64,000 nt of DNA from Trichoplax adhaerens (taxonomy: Eukaryota; Animalia; Placozoa), in contig NW_002060950.1 of the NCBI RefSeq assembly GCF_000150275.1, positions 1,600,106 through 1,664,105 on the forward strand, read 5' to 3'. Under the pieces are notes generated by a model. It had not been told where the DNA came from, ran no database searches, and saw only the letters and a list, made by a program, of their open reading frames with translations. The first letter of the stretch is position 1; every line of letters begins with the position of its first letter. Made by a program: the position numbers and the translations under genes. Positions 1 to 14,636 of this stretch are shown piece by piece.

Positions 1-430
1 TAGAATCACAGCAATGATGATATGCAAGATGGCATATACAGTATTTAATCACACCTAAGCAGTACGTGAATATAAGGCATTCATGCTTGATTATAGCTGA
101 ATCCCATCTCGATCAGATAAATTGACACCATTGACTATTATTGCAGGAATAAAATTACGGCGATGACGATATGTACTTGAGCTTATAGAGTAGATTTTAA
201 TCATACCTAAACAATACACAGATACGAAGCTTTCATACTTGATTATAGCTGTATCATATCTCGATCAAACAAATTGATACTATTGACTATTATTGCAGCA
301 ATGAAATCACAACTATGATAGTATTTACGAGAGCACATACAAGAGATTTAAATATGCCTAAGTGAAATACGGGCGTAAGATGTCAAGGCTTAATTGTAGC
401 TGAATGTCATTTCCATCAGAGAAATTAGCA
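1..430. repeat. Degenerate tandem repeat, ~152-nt unit, about 3 copies (may continue left of the window)
   Basis: ATTGACTATTATTGCAG recurs at 130 and 282. CTTGATTATAGCTG...TCTCGATCA recurs at ~86 and ~238, with a variant at ~389. Confidence 0.8.
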
Positions 431-2269
431 GTTAGAGCTTTGCAAATAACGAGCCATTTCTGAATTGACTACTATCCACGTAATATACTTTTGATTTACT
501 GCATAAAATAAAACATTGACCGCGTATGTTACAGCGTTATAAATAATTAGCCGATTTTTAATTTTATTACTATGTAAGATACTTTTAGTTTACAACACGA
601 GCTAAGGCGTCGGTCGAGATTCAATCGTATAACTTCATACTGAAAAATTCAAGTGTGGATTATCGCTGGCTAAAACACTACTATGGAGGTACATGCACTG
701 ACCATCTCTGCTTTAGAAGGAGTTTCATTATTCGTAACATCTGACAACGTACGGTGTAAAAATTATAATTTAAGAGTATCTGTATACCTTTGTACTAACA
801 AGGTAGTAGAAATTTTCTATATTATAAATAAATCATCTATTGCCCAAATTCTATATCATTACAAAATGCGACGGATGTTAGAACATCAACTTTGTAATAT
901 AGGACAAAGTCATCTTTATTGCTAGCTAATGATGCAAATAGAGAATCAATTACCTTATCTATAATTTTTAGGATTTGCTTGCAATAAAGCAATAATTCAT
1001 TCCTGTTTTAATTAGGTCTTTATTAGCTGTTTTAATTTTAAATTGAATTGATTTCTTAATAATATTTTAATAGATAACGTATTAATTATTAACGGAACAA
1101 AACATACTAGAATGGATCAAAACTATTTTAAAAACATTTCAATTTTTCTGTTTTGCTTGAAATACCATTAGAAACATTTTAATTATTTACTCACAGTATT
1201 ATAAGCTCCTTGGTTCATAAAATATTTTATTCGGTCGTTTTCCAATCGGTAATAATGCTATAGCATACTGTACATCATTCTCTGGAAATAATCAATAGTA
1301 AAACTTTCATTAAAAAAGAAGATACGAATAAAGCCATAGGCATCATATTCCGTAGTTAATATTAATTCTTGTTATCTTTCAACTTAATTTATCCATTTCT
1401 CATTATATATCATGTAGTTATTTTTTTATCAACAAGTAATGGGAAAGCTCTGTTATAGACGGATAGCTTATTGTGGTAAATATATGTTTGTATCAGCAGT
1501 AATTAAAATCCCTATTGTCCTGTAGTAAATATTATAAATACTTGAAACAACAAGGAAATGATTGTCTTGAAAGCGATCTCAAAATGCAAAATGGTTGCTC
1601 CCTTCTATGCACTCCTATTCACAATCATTCTTCAGAGTTCTTATAAAATTATAATCAGCATACTTAACGAGTAAAATAGCCTAATGATGATAACCTGATT
1701 GACGGATTCAGATATCACAGCAACTATATAGAAATTAAAATCAATAAACAATCATTAATTTACGATTAACTGAAAATTGATAAGCGGAAAAATGAAAACA
1801 ACTCCAGAAAACATTAAAATCCATTATCAGCATAGCTAAGGGCGCATAATTGATGATATCCTCAAACTCGTAATCTTTTATAGAGTTACAGTAGACTATG
1901 CATAAAAATATTGTAAAGTAAAAAGTACAAGTACATCCTATAAGCAAACTATCATAATGCATAAAATATAAATAAGAGGAGAGAAACAGTCATTTATATT
2001 ATAAATAGGGGATTCGGTCGTTGGTCTTTGCTCACTTTATTCTACTTTGGCTAATTGAAAATGAATTGTACTTCAATTAGTCTGTTGGGTCATGCAATTG
2101 ATCATTAAATAGAGCATTACTTAGCTCTGTTACTTTCTCTCGAAAGTTATAACGTCTTTGTTGATAACCGTTGATATCGAGTCCTATTTGCAGACTACCT
2201 TCATGATTTGGCGTACTGAATATGATAGCTATGAGGCAGTAACATCATTTTTGATAATCATTTCTACAC

Positions 2270-3120
2270 AGCTTAATAGCTTACATAGAGTAAAATGACA
2301 GAATAGGTATGCTTTGATATGGACTGTATTGAAAAGAATTCATTCTACTGTATCTTGAATTTACTCATTCTCTGAATAAGATAAGTTTAGATATGTATTA
2401 GATATGATTTATATTCGAAAGGTTCTGTCTTACCGCATCTTGATTATAACGCATTCTTTGGATTGAAGATATTCAGCTATATAAATGAAGAAATCTTTTT
2501 AATCTTAATAACTTACATAGAGTAAAATAGTAGGATAGGTAGGATGTTGCACTATGAACTGTATTGGAAAGAATTGATTCTACTGTATTTTGATTTTACT
2601 CATTCTCTGAATAAGATAAATTTAGACATATATATTTTGTATTTAGATATGGTTTGTATTTAAAAGGATCGATCTCACCGCATTTTGATTCAACACATTC
2701 TGCGGATAACAGTAGAGTATTCTTGATAGCATAACATCCAGAAATAAATCGTTATAAACTTTGCTGACATTGATGATGAATAAGCTGAATATAAGTTGTA
2801 TTATATTTAGATAGGGTCTGCGTTGAAGAGAATCAAAGTATAGAGTATGCTGACGTTTCTCATTCTCACGATAAGGATCAAGTATTCTTTGATAGCATTG
2901 CATCAAGAAATCAACCGTTGTAATCTTTACTAATATTGATAATAAGTAAGCTTGAATTTAGACATACTTATGTTATATTTAGAGAAGGTATGCGTTGGAA
3001 AGGATCAAAGGCTACTGTATCTCGATTTTAGTCATTCTCAGAATGACCTTAACGTATTCTTTGATAGCAAGGCATAAAGAACTAAACTGAAATTATCTTT
3101 GCTAGTATTGATGACGTTAA
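2270..3120. repeat. Degenerate tandem duplication, ~232-nt unit
   Basis: CTTACATAGAGTAAAAT at ~2280 and ~2512. TTTACTCATTCTCTGAATAAGATAA at ~2360 and ~2595. Weaker copies (ATTCTTTGATAGCA) continue to ~3120. Confidence 0.75.
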
Positions 3121-3539
3121 AAGGAAATTTCTTTGGCGTATCGTATTCAATTAACATAGTGTATTTAATAAAGTAATTTTTCTATTAATATTGATAATTA
3201 ACTTTTGATGATTAATATTATTTTATGACATCTCTCTATATTATACTTTATTCAATGATATAAGCTATCTTTTATGCACAGTTGCAGATATAAATCTGCT
3301 GGAGCATTCATTAAATTATTCCTTCGTTTAATTTGAGGTCAATTGATGTTAATAATTTATAACTCATCTTTTAATTCAGAATTCAATCATATCTAGAACA
3401 TCTTTAAAATAAAGTCTTTCATAGACTAACCGCAGACATGAACTCATTCGATTGAATTCGAATAATGCCTCCTGATTGAGCTCAATTGTAGCATTCCTAG
3501 CCCATCTCTTAGGTATCAAGATGAAGATAGAGGGTATAT

Positions 3540-4640
3540 TAAGAAAATAGAACGGAGCAATTGAACCATCTAGCTACCCTCGATTGAAATTCTATCTTAA
3601 AACAAATACGATTGAGCACTTGAATACGGTATTCTATCCCTTGATTTGACCTAACTTCACTATCTTTTAGCTTCAATACTTTATCCATTTTGATGGGATC
3701 CAGCTCCCCTCGGCTGAAACTCTATCCTAAAACAAAATACAACTGAGCAATTGAAGTATTCTTCAATTCGATATTCTATCCCTTGATTCGACCTAATTTC
3801 ACTGTCTGTAGCTTAGAATCTTAATCTATTTGGACGGGATCCAGATACTCTCGATTGGAACTCTACCCTAAAACAAAATGCAACTGAGCAATTGAAGTAT
3901 CCTTCAATTCGAAATTCTATCCCTTGATTCGACCTAACTATCTGCAACTTAGACACTTAATCATTTTGATCGTTCTTCAATGCTATATTTTAACCCTAGT
4001 CCTCTGTAGATGTATCTCCATTATAACTTTAGAAACTCAGTCCATTTGGAAGGCCAGATACAACTGAGCAATACAACCACTCTTCAACCCTCATTATTCT
4101 ATCCCTTGATTGAATCTCAATCAACTTTTCATTTCGCAATCTTTCTTAATTTCTTTTAGAAGAGATCTAGCTCCCTCGACTGCAATTCTACCGTCAATAA
4201 AATACAACTGAGCAATTGAAGCATTCTTTAATGCGATATTTTAACCCTAATTATCTACAGAGGTATCTTCATTACGACAATAGAAACTTCATCGATTTGG
4301 AAGGGGCCAGATACAACTGAGCAATGTAATCACACTTCAATGTTGTATTCTATCCCTTGATAGAATCTCAATCAACTTTTCATTTGCCTGTCTTTCTCAA
4401 TCCATTTTAGAAGAGATCTAGCTCTCTCGACTGCAATTCTACCCCCAAAACAAAATAGAACTGAGCAATTGAAGCATTCTTCTATACGATATTCTAACCC
4501 TAATTCTGTGTAGAGGTATCTTCATGACGATTGTAGAAACTCCATTGATTTGGAAAAGGCCAGATACAATTAAGCAATGCAACTACTCTTCAATACCATA
4601 TTCTATCCCTTGATTGAATTTCAATCAACTCTTCCTTCGG
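3540..4640. repeat. Minisatellite-like array: ~120-nt monomers grading into a ~250-nt higher-order unit
   Basis: CAACTGAGCAA and ATTCTATCCCTTGAT recur many times. AGAAGAGATCTAGCTC at ~4158 and ~4409; CCAGATACAA at ~4053, ~4307 and ~4559. Confidence 0.85.
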
Positions 4641-5780
4641 TATCTTGGTGAATTAATAGCTTGCCATTCTAGTCAAGTCAATTATATTTAATTAGAATGA
4701 CAGAAAATGGGATTGGCTTGGTTATTCTTGATGATACTGTATTCAAATCCAATTGAATTGTTTTTATTCTGTTAGCATGATGAAAGCTAATAACGTCTAT
4801 TATGGCTCCAATGTAAATCATCATGATAATAGCACGAGGAAAGAAAAATAAAATCCCATTGCTATACATTGCTAACTTAACTTATTATGTAATCATTTAA
4901 GTGTGATGAAGAAAACAACTTGCAATCATTGTTTCCCTAACGTCAGGAGTTATTGATTAAAGGAAGAAAAAGGAGATGCTAGCCTAGTCAGGAAGAAAAA
5001 TAACCTAGACAATCGCCATTCAATCCAATAATTTGCTTCAAAAGACAACAACAATGATTACATTGGGAAAAGATTCCATTCTTGCTGAACAATATCCAAT
5101 GTATGTATAATTAATGTATATCGACAATTCAACAGTATACAAACTAAGTCAAGATCGATTTGAATTGCAATGGATGAGAATAAGACATGAACCACTTAAA
5201 CCTTTGTCGCCAAACTATACTAGCTTACAGACATCACAAGGAAAACTACAACACAACAGCTTGTTTTTCTCCTCATTTTCCAACATGCTAATGATGGACA
5301 AAAGAAAGGCCTAACGCCATTTTTTTTTTCATGAATATTGACGTCGGGATAGACTATTGTTCTTATCCTACGGTGTTGCTCATCATTGGCAAAGTGATTA
5401 CCGTAGGCCATTTTTCCTTCATTTATTCTCTTCTTCTCCCTTGACGCAACGCTTTATATATTACGATTGAATATCTACTGCAATTCATTACATCGGAATG
5501 GTGTAAATTAATTAAACGATAAAGTTCGACAAAAAGAAAAGCTAAATTGACTCTATTCTACCACGACAAGAGGAAAAAAATTTGCCATCATTTTTTTCTC
5601 TTAGATATCCCATTTGATGCTTATTAACCATTGCATCCCTCTCTTCTTCTCTTGATTGGCATTACTGACTACCACTGCAGAAGAAGACTTCAATTTTAAC
5701 TAACTAATCTATTTCGCCATTATTATTAACCATTTATATCTTGGAGAAAGTTACTTAACATAGTTAATATCACTTCAATC

Positions 5781-8700
5781 ATGTCCAAATTTCAAGTCGG
5801 CATTTTAACCTTCTTGGTTTTGGCTATCCACACGGTATACGGACAAAATACGACAACCGTCAATAATGGCGTCATTACTTTTAGCCAACTACCAACCATT
5901 GGGACTACTCAATCCAATCCCAATGATTATGTACCAGAATCCAATTTAGCCACCTTATATGCTATGGCAAAAGGCTTTACCAATGCCCTCATTCCTGGTC
6001 ATCTACCCTATAGTAAGTACTTAATGCTAAAAAAAGTGACTTTGCCTATTTCCATCGCTGATCCGTGATCGATTTGGACACCACTTGCTGTCTACAGTAT
6101 ATTTACCCAACAATTTCATTTCCGACAATTTCCGTCAATCCTTTACCCTTCTCGTGTTTGTAAACCTTCATCAATTCGGTCAAGAAGATCAGATATGGAC
6201 CGTTATTTCTACAGTGACTAACTGACTAACTGTTCCACTACAGTAGAACAGTTTAAGTATAACCATCTACTTTATAATGTATTTTTTTCATTCTTTTTCC
6301 TATCCTCCTATTCCCGTTAATCAAGAGGATAGTGTAATTAACCAAAACTTTCATCTTTTAATTGACAACAACGGCACTTTAAATAATAATGCGGGGCATC
6401 TCTCTATTTCTCTCCTCTTCACGTTGACTATCCTTCATACCCGTTAAACTCAGAAGTATCAAGAGAAATAAAGATGCGATAGTCAATTTCATTTTTAAAA
6501 CCCTATCCATAACCAAAATAGTGTCGTGAACGAAAGTTTTTATCCTTTTGATCGACAACGACGGCACTTTAAATAAATAATATTCCGGGATATCTCTCCA
6601 TTTCTCTCGTCTTCATCTTGTCTATCGGTCGCGCCTGTTCAACTTAGAGATACCAAGAGAGAGATGAAGATGCGATAGTCAATTCTAATTTTTCTTTCCT
6701 GCAAAATCAACTACGCACTTTAATTTCAAAATAATTTGCAAGGGGAAATACTAAAGTAAAGCTCGCTTCAAAATATGAATGCAGGGTTATCCTCGTTCTA
6801 TTCCATATCAGCAATCAATTTCACGGATTTTTGTAAACATAAAAATAAGCGTTCCATGTGGAATAATACTTTCTTAACTGCCTTTCCAAATTAACAACGA
6901 ATACCTCTAGGCCCTATAGCAATAATTAATTGTCATCCTTACGATATGAAATGTTTATTATCTTACGTTGGGCATATTTTATCCTCCTTCCATTCGCTTT
7001 CCATGCCCTCCATAGATTATTGTTAACATAAAAAATGGACCTTTAAAAGCAGAAATATACTTTCTAAGCTGCCTTTCAAAGTTAACAACCATGGCTTAGA
7101 GCAATAAATTGCCGTCGTTACTATGATGAGAGATGTTCAATATCTTACTTTGAACATTTTTTATCCTCTTTCCATCAACCTTCTATTCTGTAGATATTCG
7201 TCAATATTAATTTGATCATTAAAAGTAGAAAAAACACTTTTTAAGCTACCTTTTAAAGATAATGACTCTGATTTACCGCAAGAACTGGACGTAGTTTATA
7301 TCACTGGAGATGTTTACCATCGTATCAAGATATCTTTTCTCCTCTTTCCGTTAGCCTTTACCTTCCTGTGTTCCATAGCCTTAAATTGATCATTTCAATG
7401 TAGAATAGCCTTTCTTGGCCATCACTACAGAAATGGATTATTTAAAGGATAACGTTTCTCCTTTTTCCGTTAGCTTTCATTATGGTGGGATTCGTTGACA
7501 TTAATTTCACCATTCAATACAGAAAAAGATTTCCTTGGCTAGCCTTGATAGTAAATATTAATGGCTTATTCTAACACTTTACTGTCGTTAATATCACTCC
7601 AAATGGTTCGTATTTCATGAACACCTTTCCTTCTGTCTCTGCTAGACTGCAATTTCACGTAGATTCATTAACATCAAATGCATCTCTAAATACCCTAAAT
7701 TTTCTTGCCTGTCTTTCCAAGTTGACAACAATGGTCCGTTCCAATAGTTTACCTTAGTTAATATCCACGGCAATGTCCATTAACGCCTGTGCGATCAGTT
7801 TTTGCTGACTTTTTGATCCGCTTCGTAAGCATAAACCTGGAAAGGGACACGTTATTAGGCAAATGAATCTGAATTTCCTTTTACCGTAATCGTGAACCAA
7901 CCTAGACCGAACTCAAGAGCCATGATTTATTACGATATCATATTACCGATAAAACCCTAGAGTGCTATAAATAATTTTAATAGTAACAATCAAAATTTAG
8001 TTCCGATCGACTGCCAAAAATTAAACATCAAAAATCCATCCTGTCCTATTGAGTTAACCCTTTGACAACACTTTACCCATTCTGCAAGCGTTTTCCTCTC
8101 TTTTACTACATCCAAAACCTACCGTAGTCTATACGTAATGGATTCTATCGATAGAATCTATAATTTCTACTAAATTTCAAGAGGACCCTTATTTCATTTA
8201 AATTTACCTACTTCAAATTAAGCTCATAAACCAATTGAATTCATTATTTAGTCGAATTGCATTCTGTATTCAATCCAACATCTTCACTCAATGATTTTCT
8301 CTTCTATTTAGCGTTCATGGTCGGTATCCTCAGCAATTTACAAACTCCTAATGACATCTTAACCTATGTGACGACAAATTATCATTCGGTAAGACATGGA
8401 TTCAAATGAAATTCAATGGCAATATTGATTCCTGTATAACTAAGCGTAACTTGTTGTTCTTTATTCTTACCTGTAAACCCTTACCCAAATGAAATGGATT
8501 CCAATATAATCAACAACAATATTGCCATAGTTAACCTCAAAAGAAGTTGGTTTACTCGCTTGTGTGGCTATCGGACTCCTAATTGGTGTTCTTATGCCTA
8601 TTGTTGGATTAATATTTTGTTGCTGTCGAATGTGTGGTAAATGTGGTGGTGCCATGGTTCAAACCCATAAAAAGAGATCTCATTGCTACTGCTATACCAT

Positions 8701-11700
8701 CTTCTTGGCCATTTTTGCTTCTATTGCCTTGTAAGTATTAGCTCAAAATGATCCACATTTATGGATTTACTGGACATAACATCAACCCGATGACTTTATA
8801 CTCGATCAAGATAATAAATAGTATTTATTGAGTATAATTACTTTTGGTGATCCATTAGGGCCGGAGGAATACTCAATATTCTCACTGATAAACATATCAT
8901 GGCCACCGTTCCATATGTTAATGGTGTCGCTCAAGAAGCGATAAGTGATCTCAACCGATGGAAAAACACAGCTACCGCGGTAAGACTCAATTACCTTTTG
9001 CAGCAGTAAACTACGTGAATAAACCCTTTTCTCGTCCAATCCCCATTTCTTATAGTTATAGATGATTAGCTTAGGGTAAAAGAATGATTAACACATATTC
9101 TATATATTGTTTTGTATTCGACGCATATACGCTCGCATAACCACAATATAGCAAATTGAAACCTTAGCTGGACCTCAATTAAACTATACAGCGGATCTTG
9201 TCAAAGCTGACTTAGGAGATGCAGGTACCAATAGAATAAATAATTATCCTATCAGAAAGTAAATGCCATTTTCATCATAATAATGATATCCAGTTTTGTA
9301 TCCCTTAAATATGGATTTTATCTGTTATAATTTCAAATTTAGCCGTCAGAAGTGAATTAGGTGCACCCCTCCAAGTCGCTGTGGAACCTCATGCAGATTC
9401 TTCTATCGTAACTGTTACTAATATATCGAAGAGTAAGTTTATGTTTCCATTTTTACTAGTTTATGATGTATCCAAGACACTCCGTGATTGATAAATATGA
9501 ACGATTGATGTATTCAGTTTTATTGTGTAATAAAAATTGCAATAATTTAAACTCTATCATCTCTCATCTACAACTGTAAAAAATTGAATTTCGCTAAAGG
9601 ATAATCCAACAAACTTATGCGCTTACTTTCATTTGCAGCTGTTAACGATACCGCTGACGAACTCAATGCCATCAACGCTAGGAGGACTCAACTTGTAGCA
9701 TTGCAAACTTCATTAACTAATGAAGTCAACAAGGCAAAGACTGATTTAAATTCGGCCATAAGTGATTGCAATACACTTCCAGGCAGTCCCTGCAGTGACA
9801 TCGATACCTCAGTAATCAACGTCAATGTTGATTATGGAACGGTACGTATACCAACATTAAAAGTAAATCGATGATGATTTCCAGATGAATGAATATCGAT
9901 AAAATGAAATGATTTCAGTTACCAAGTATCGATAGTCAAATCGCAGAAGTCCAGAAAGTAAGAAATCTTGGCCTAACAAATATGGCATCACAGGTACGGA
10001 ATCATATCTTATGCGCCAAACGCAATAATTTACTCTTCTATTAGCTTGTATCATTGCCGATTTGTTTCAAGATACCATTAAAAATTTATCTATCAAATTT
10101 TCCTATATTGAAGGAAAATATTTTGTACAATCCTATACAAACAATCATTTTTTTCATGCTATACCGTGCTAGGCTCAAAGTGAAATTAGGAATTTGCCTG
10201 ACACAGTGGTAACACAAACAAGCGCCACTCGAAGCAGTATGTTATAACTGATTTATTGCATCATGACAAGACTAGAGTTGCTCACTTTTTCCTAGATAGC
10301 AATAAATAGGCTGCTCTATCTCTCTAAGGAATTAAGTTATAACCTGATCACTTTATATTGAATCAATTTAGGTGTTGTCACTAGTGTTAATACACTACAA
10401 TCGCAAGCTGGATCTCAAGTTGCAACCATCACTCAACCTATTAAAAATGTAAGGATAGGGTTAGCGTTTATTTTATGAAGCACAGAGATAGATCGGTGAT
10501 CCGATAATTTACTATTGAATTATTCCAAATCGAATGACTGTAGATTAGCATGCTGAAGCATTGATAAATTACCGTACTTTTATATACTTCATGCTACTTA
10601 TAATATCAAGTATTATTGTAAGATATTAATAGGTAACTGTACTTTGCCATACGGTACTTACTCGTACAGTGTGAATTTAAACGAATGAAATATTTTAATA
10701 TCTTTTGTTGATTTACCAGCCATAAAATACAGTTCAAAGCTAATTTTTTTGTACGGTATATTATATTCCAGATTGATTTTAGCACTTTTTATACTCCAAT
10801 CGCTAATGCTCTGAATGGCATTACCAATTCCGATGCCTATAAATACGCGTAAGTGCAATTTCGGGATTGAATTTAAATTGATTATACATATATCCTTAGT
10901 CATCAAACCTTATAATAGATCATTCTTATTTGTAATAGCATGAAATTATACTTGAAATTAAGTAGTAAAATGATCAGTAATCAAGCTGTTACTATTAACG
11001 ACATTTGAGCATAAAACTATGTCATCGATCACTTTCATGTCAATTTTATTAGCCATTAATATTCTTTATTTTTATCTGTAATACTTAGGGAATACGGCTT
11101 AAATGGGTTCGCTGGACTTTTAATCTTACAAGCTGGTTTGATTATGTTGGCATTGCTTTTGGGTGGATTATCTTACAAGGATGATGTACCTTCAATAAAG
11201 CGATCAACTACATCCAATATCGCTGGCTATCTCCTTATGGCGTAAGTAATAAAAAATTACAGTTTAAGTTAAATAAAATGATTACACATACTCTGGCGAA
11301 AATAAAGATAGAGTAGGTTAGCAAATTGATTTCAACCACTTATATAGCAGCATTTTTGTCATGGTATTACAAATCTTGCTTCAAGTTTATGAAAAGCACA
11401 TTGAATGACATGGAATTCAATAATTTTTAACTTTAGAGCTGCTGGCTTGATTATCATATTTTCGTTCCTGTATTGCTTTGTTGCCATTACCTTATTGACA
11501 ATTGGAGCTAATACAGAGAAAGCCTGTCAAGGTCTTCGTGATAATTCATTCTTTTCTCAGGTTGGAATTCTTAATCGTGATGATATAAAGTATAGTAATG
11601 ACTAAATATTAAAATACTCCAATATTGAAAATTTCTATTCCTTCTTTTACATTAGGTTGCCGACGCTCGTTTACCTGGCGGCAAAACTGTTTTAGAAAGC

Positions 11701-14636
11701 TTAATTAATCCTTCTAATGCTAATAATCCAACCACTCAATTATTCTCTGGTATCTCCGCTGCAGGACTTATATCGTAAGTTCACTTTTAATCGTGTTACA
11801 TTCTAACGATATTAATTTACCTCCAAGCGCTAATATATTCCTTTTGTAAGAACAAAAGTCATTTATGTTTCAATATGATAGTTAAATGCTATATGATCTC
11901 ATACCGCTCTAATAAATTCAAATTAGGATAACGATAAATATATAATTTGATACATGCATGAGTAGCGATGATCCATATTCAATTTACTCACTTATAAAAT
12001 CACTACAACATCCGTGATGTATACCTCATATGTATACACGCACTTCTTCAAGTATTCAGTCTAACTACTTAAAAACATTAGTGGAACTTCATAGCTAGCT
12101 AGCCACATCTCGTAAAGATATTTACTTTTCAAGTTTTGCTACCTAATTTCGCTCCATTATTAAATTAATCATCGATAAGTAACGCGCTATATCATTTTAT
12201 ACCTTCTACAGTGCATGCCAGCAGAACAGAGCATTGTACACTGCTCTAAATTTATCCAAAAGTGCTAATATTGCCAATATTGTTGAAGGTGGTTTGGTTA
12301 ATACCGTAAGTGCTGAATAGGAAATTTTACTGAAAGTAAAATAACTTTTTAACATTTTGCAATTTCTTTTATTGCCTTAAATTTATTTTCTTCCCCTGTT
12401 ATATATTTCCTTTTTGCTGTTCAACTTATGTTACTATTTTCTTATGCAACAGACCCTGAATAGCGCTGAAACTCAGCTTAATTCTATTACCATCGACTAT
12501 TCAAAATTAAATGTTGCTGATAACTCGACATTGAATAATTTGGACACTCTAAAATCGCAAATTGACGCAATCAGCATATCCAATTATGATAGCTTGGTAA
12601 TAACAAAATACCGAATTGATATTATTCCCTCGATCTAACTTTAAAATATAGTAATTCTGTCTGTGAATAATATAGTATTGTCCTAGAAGTTATTATAGAA
12701 CAGTAAAAAAATGCAAAATTAGAAAATCTTAAAACCCTGTTTTAACTATTTTCTAATTTTATCCCATTACTAGATCAATAAAGCAAAAGTAACATTCAAC
12801 ATATCAGACTATGCGGATACCCTGACTGCAAAAGCCGAACAAATTCGGCAAGTTCCTCATCCTGTAAGTTCTTTATTTTGATCAAGAATCTGATACAAGT
12901 ATACACTTGTATGGTAGTTTAAGAACAATCCTTCAGCGATCAGTAACCATTAGTATAAAATTCATCTTTAATACTAACATATAGAATTATGCTTTAATTG
13001 AAGTGCTTCTTTTCTAATAATTAAAAATAGACGGCAGCTTCTGTTGCAACTAAACTAGATTCAGTTGCGATTCAACTCAACACTACCATACCTAATACCA
13101 TCATTGAACCGATCAATTCCAATTTGGTAATTATTGTAAAATCGAAATTAACTAAAATACGGATTATAACAAATAATAATAGTACAGTTATATATATATC
13201 ACACAACTATTGTAGACTGCCATGAATACCTCTCTTCAATTATTGGTAACAAATAAAGCTAAATTATCGGTAAGTCACGTTACAATGATGCATCTATTGT
13301 AGTGCCATAAAAATTTTGCTCCTAATAGTAGCTGATATTAACTATTAATTAATAATAATAAACATCTTCCAGACTCAAATTACCAGTGTCAAAGATGCTG
13401 TTATTAACTGGAATAGCTATGTCGCTAATACTTTGCCTAATACAGTCGCTGGAGTAAGTACAAACATTTCATACCTATGTAACTTTCGTAGTTCTTGGAA
13501 TAACGCTCTACTTACCGGTTACCGTAGGTGATTAATACTTTCAAGAACAAGCTTTTTGGCTACGTTAGACAGTATTCGTCTCATTTAAGCAGTGAGGTAA
13601 GCAAGAAAATAGCCGTTTACTATGATACTTCAGTTACTATATTATTGGCAATGGTTCTTCAGAAAAATAAACTAGTTTACTTAACTACTAACTAGCTCTA
13701 TTAAAACAAGTTACTAAATCAGTACTTTGTACATTTTGTATCAACAGATGAAAAATAGTGTTGGACGATGTCAACCAGTCTACAACGCTTACGCATCTTT
13801 GGCTTTGAAAGCAGCTTGTGGTTACGGTATTGATGGTCTGGTAAGTCATAGTTATTGTCCTATAGTATTCTATATTAACAAAATGAGGCCGAGTCTAAAT
13901 CTCTTGTCTTATTATAACTACCCGTATAACTTATTAAATTTTAATTAATCGCAATTAATTATCGGTTATAGAGTGGTTTCTGGTTCGCTCTATGCATGTG
14001 CGTTGGATGTTTTATACCCAACTGTATCTTATCTATTAAATTGGCGAAATACTTCAGAAGGATGAAGACAGAATTTTTCACTTCCAAAAATGCAAAACAA
14101 ATGTTGTAAGTTTCACAAAAATAACTATAATTGGAATCATTACATTTGTTGTTCTATATCAGATCACTTTAGTCATAACTTTAGATAAACTTATGGAAAC
14201 CTTTATTTTTATTAATAGCGAAAATAGCCCTAACAAGGATAACGTTCAACTCAAAAAGTAAGATATTTTCCCCCATATATTAATTAATGCAATAAATACA
14301 CTCATCATTTAATTATAAATAAGACTAAAATTAGAAGCTTTATTATCTATAGTATTAATTATAAATTATCCATATATGGATAGTTTATTATTTACTTATT
14401 AAAACTGAGCATCTTTCAACTACGTTATGCTCAGATTAAAAAATTTTAAATTAATGTATAACAACGATTAAATATCTCTATGATTGATTAGCTATAAAGG
14501 CAATAAGGTTGGACCCTCAGGACCCGTTGCTGAAAAAGTCCCACCACCGCCTGGATACAAAGCTAACGGTCATCGTGGTCCACCACGCCCGCCAATGAAA
14601 CGAAGTTCTGGTCACAAAGTTCCTATCGCTTACTAA
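5781..14636 (+). CDS. Prominin-family (CD133-like) pentaspan membrane glycoprotein, paralogue A; multi-exon
   Basis: Exon 1 (5781-6012) encodes a signal peptide, MSKFQVGILTFLVLAIHTVYG. Exon 8531-8730 encodes a TM segment plus the prominin Cys motif FCCCRMCGKCGG. Later exons give KRSTTSNIAGYLLMA, GANTEKACQ, VGRCQPVYNAY, and GFWFAL...KLAKYFRRM. Last exon ends at TAA 14634-14636. The boundaries I traced are GT-AG and in phase. Confidence 0.93.
6350..7760. repeat. Degenerate ~190-200-nt tandem repeats in intron 1 of prominin A
   Basis: GACAAC(A/G)ACGGCACTTTAAATAA at ~6364 and ~6554; AAGATGCGATAGTCAATT twice. A second family with CTGCCTTT..AA / TATCCTC.TTCCAT runs from ~6860 to ~7760. Confidence 0.65.

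Noticed and set aside
3540-4640. CRISPR-like repeat-spacer periodicity
   Set aside because: The intervening sequences are homologous to each other, the context is eukaryotic and there are no cas genes; it is a tandem repeat.
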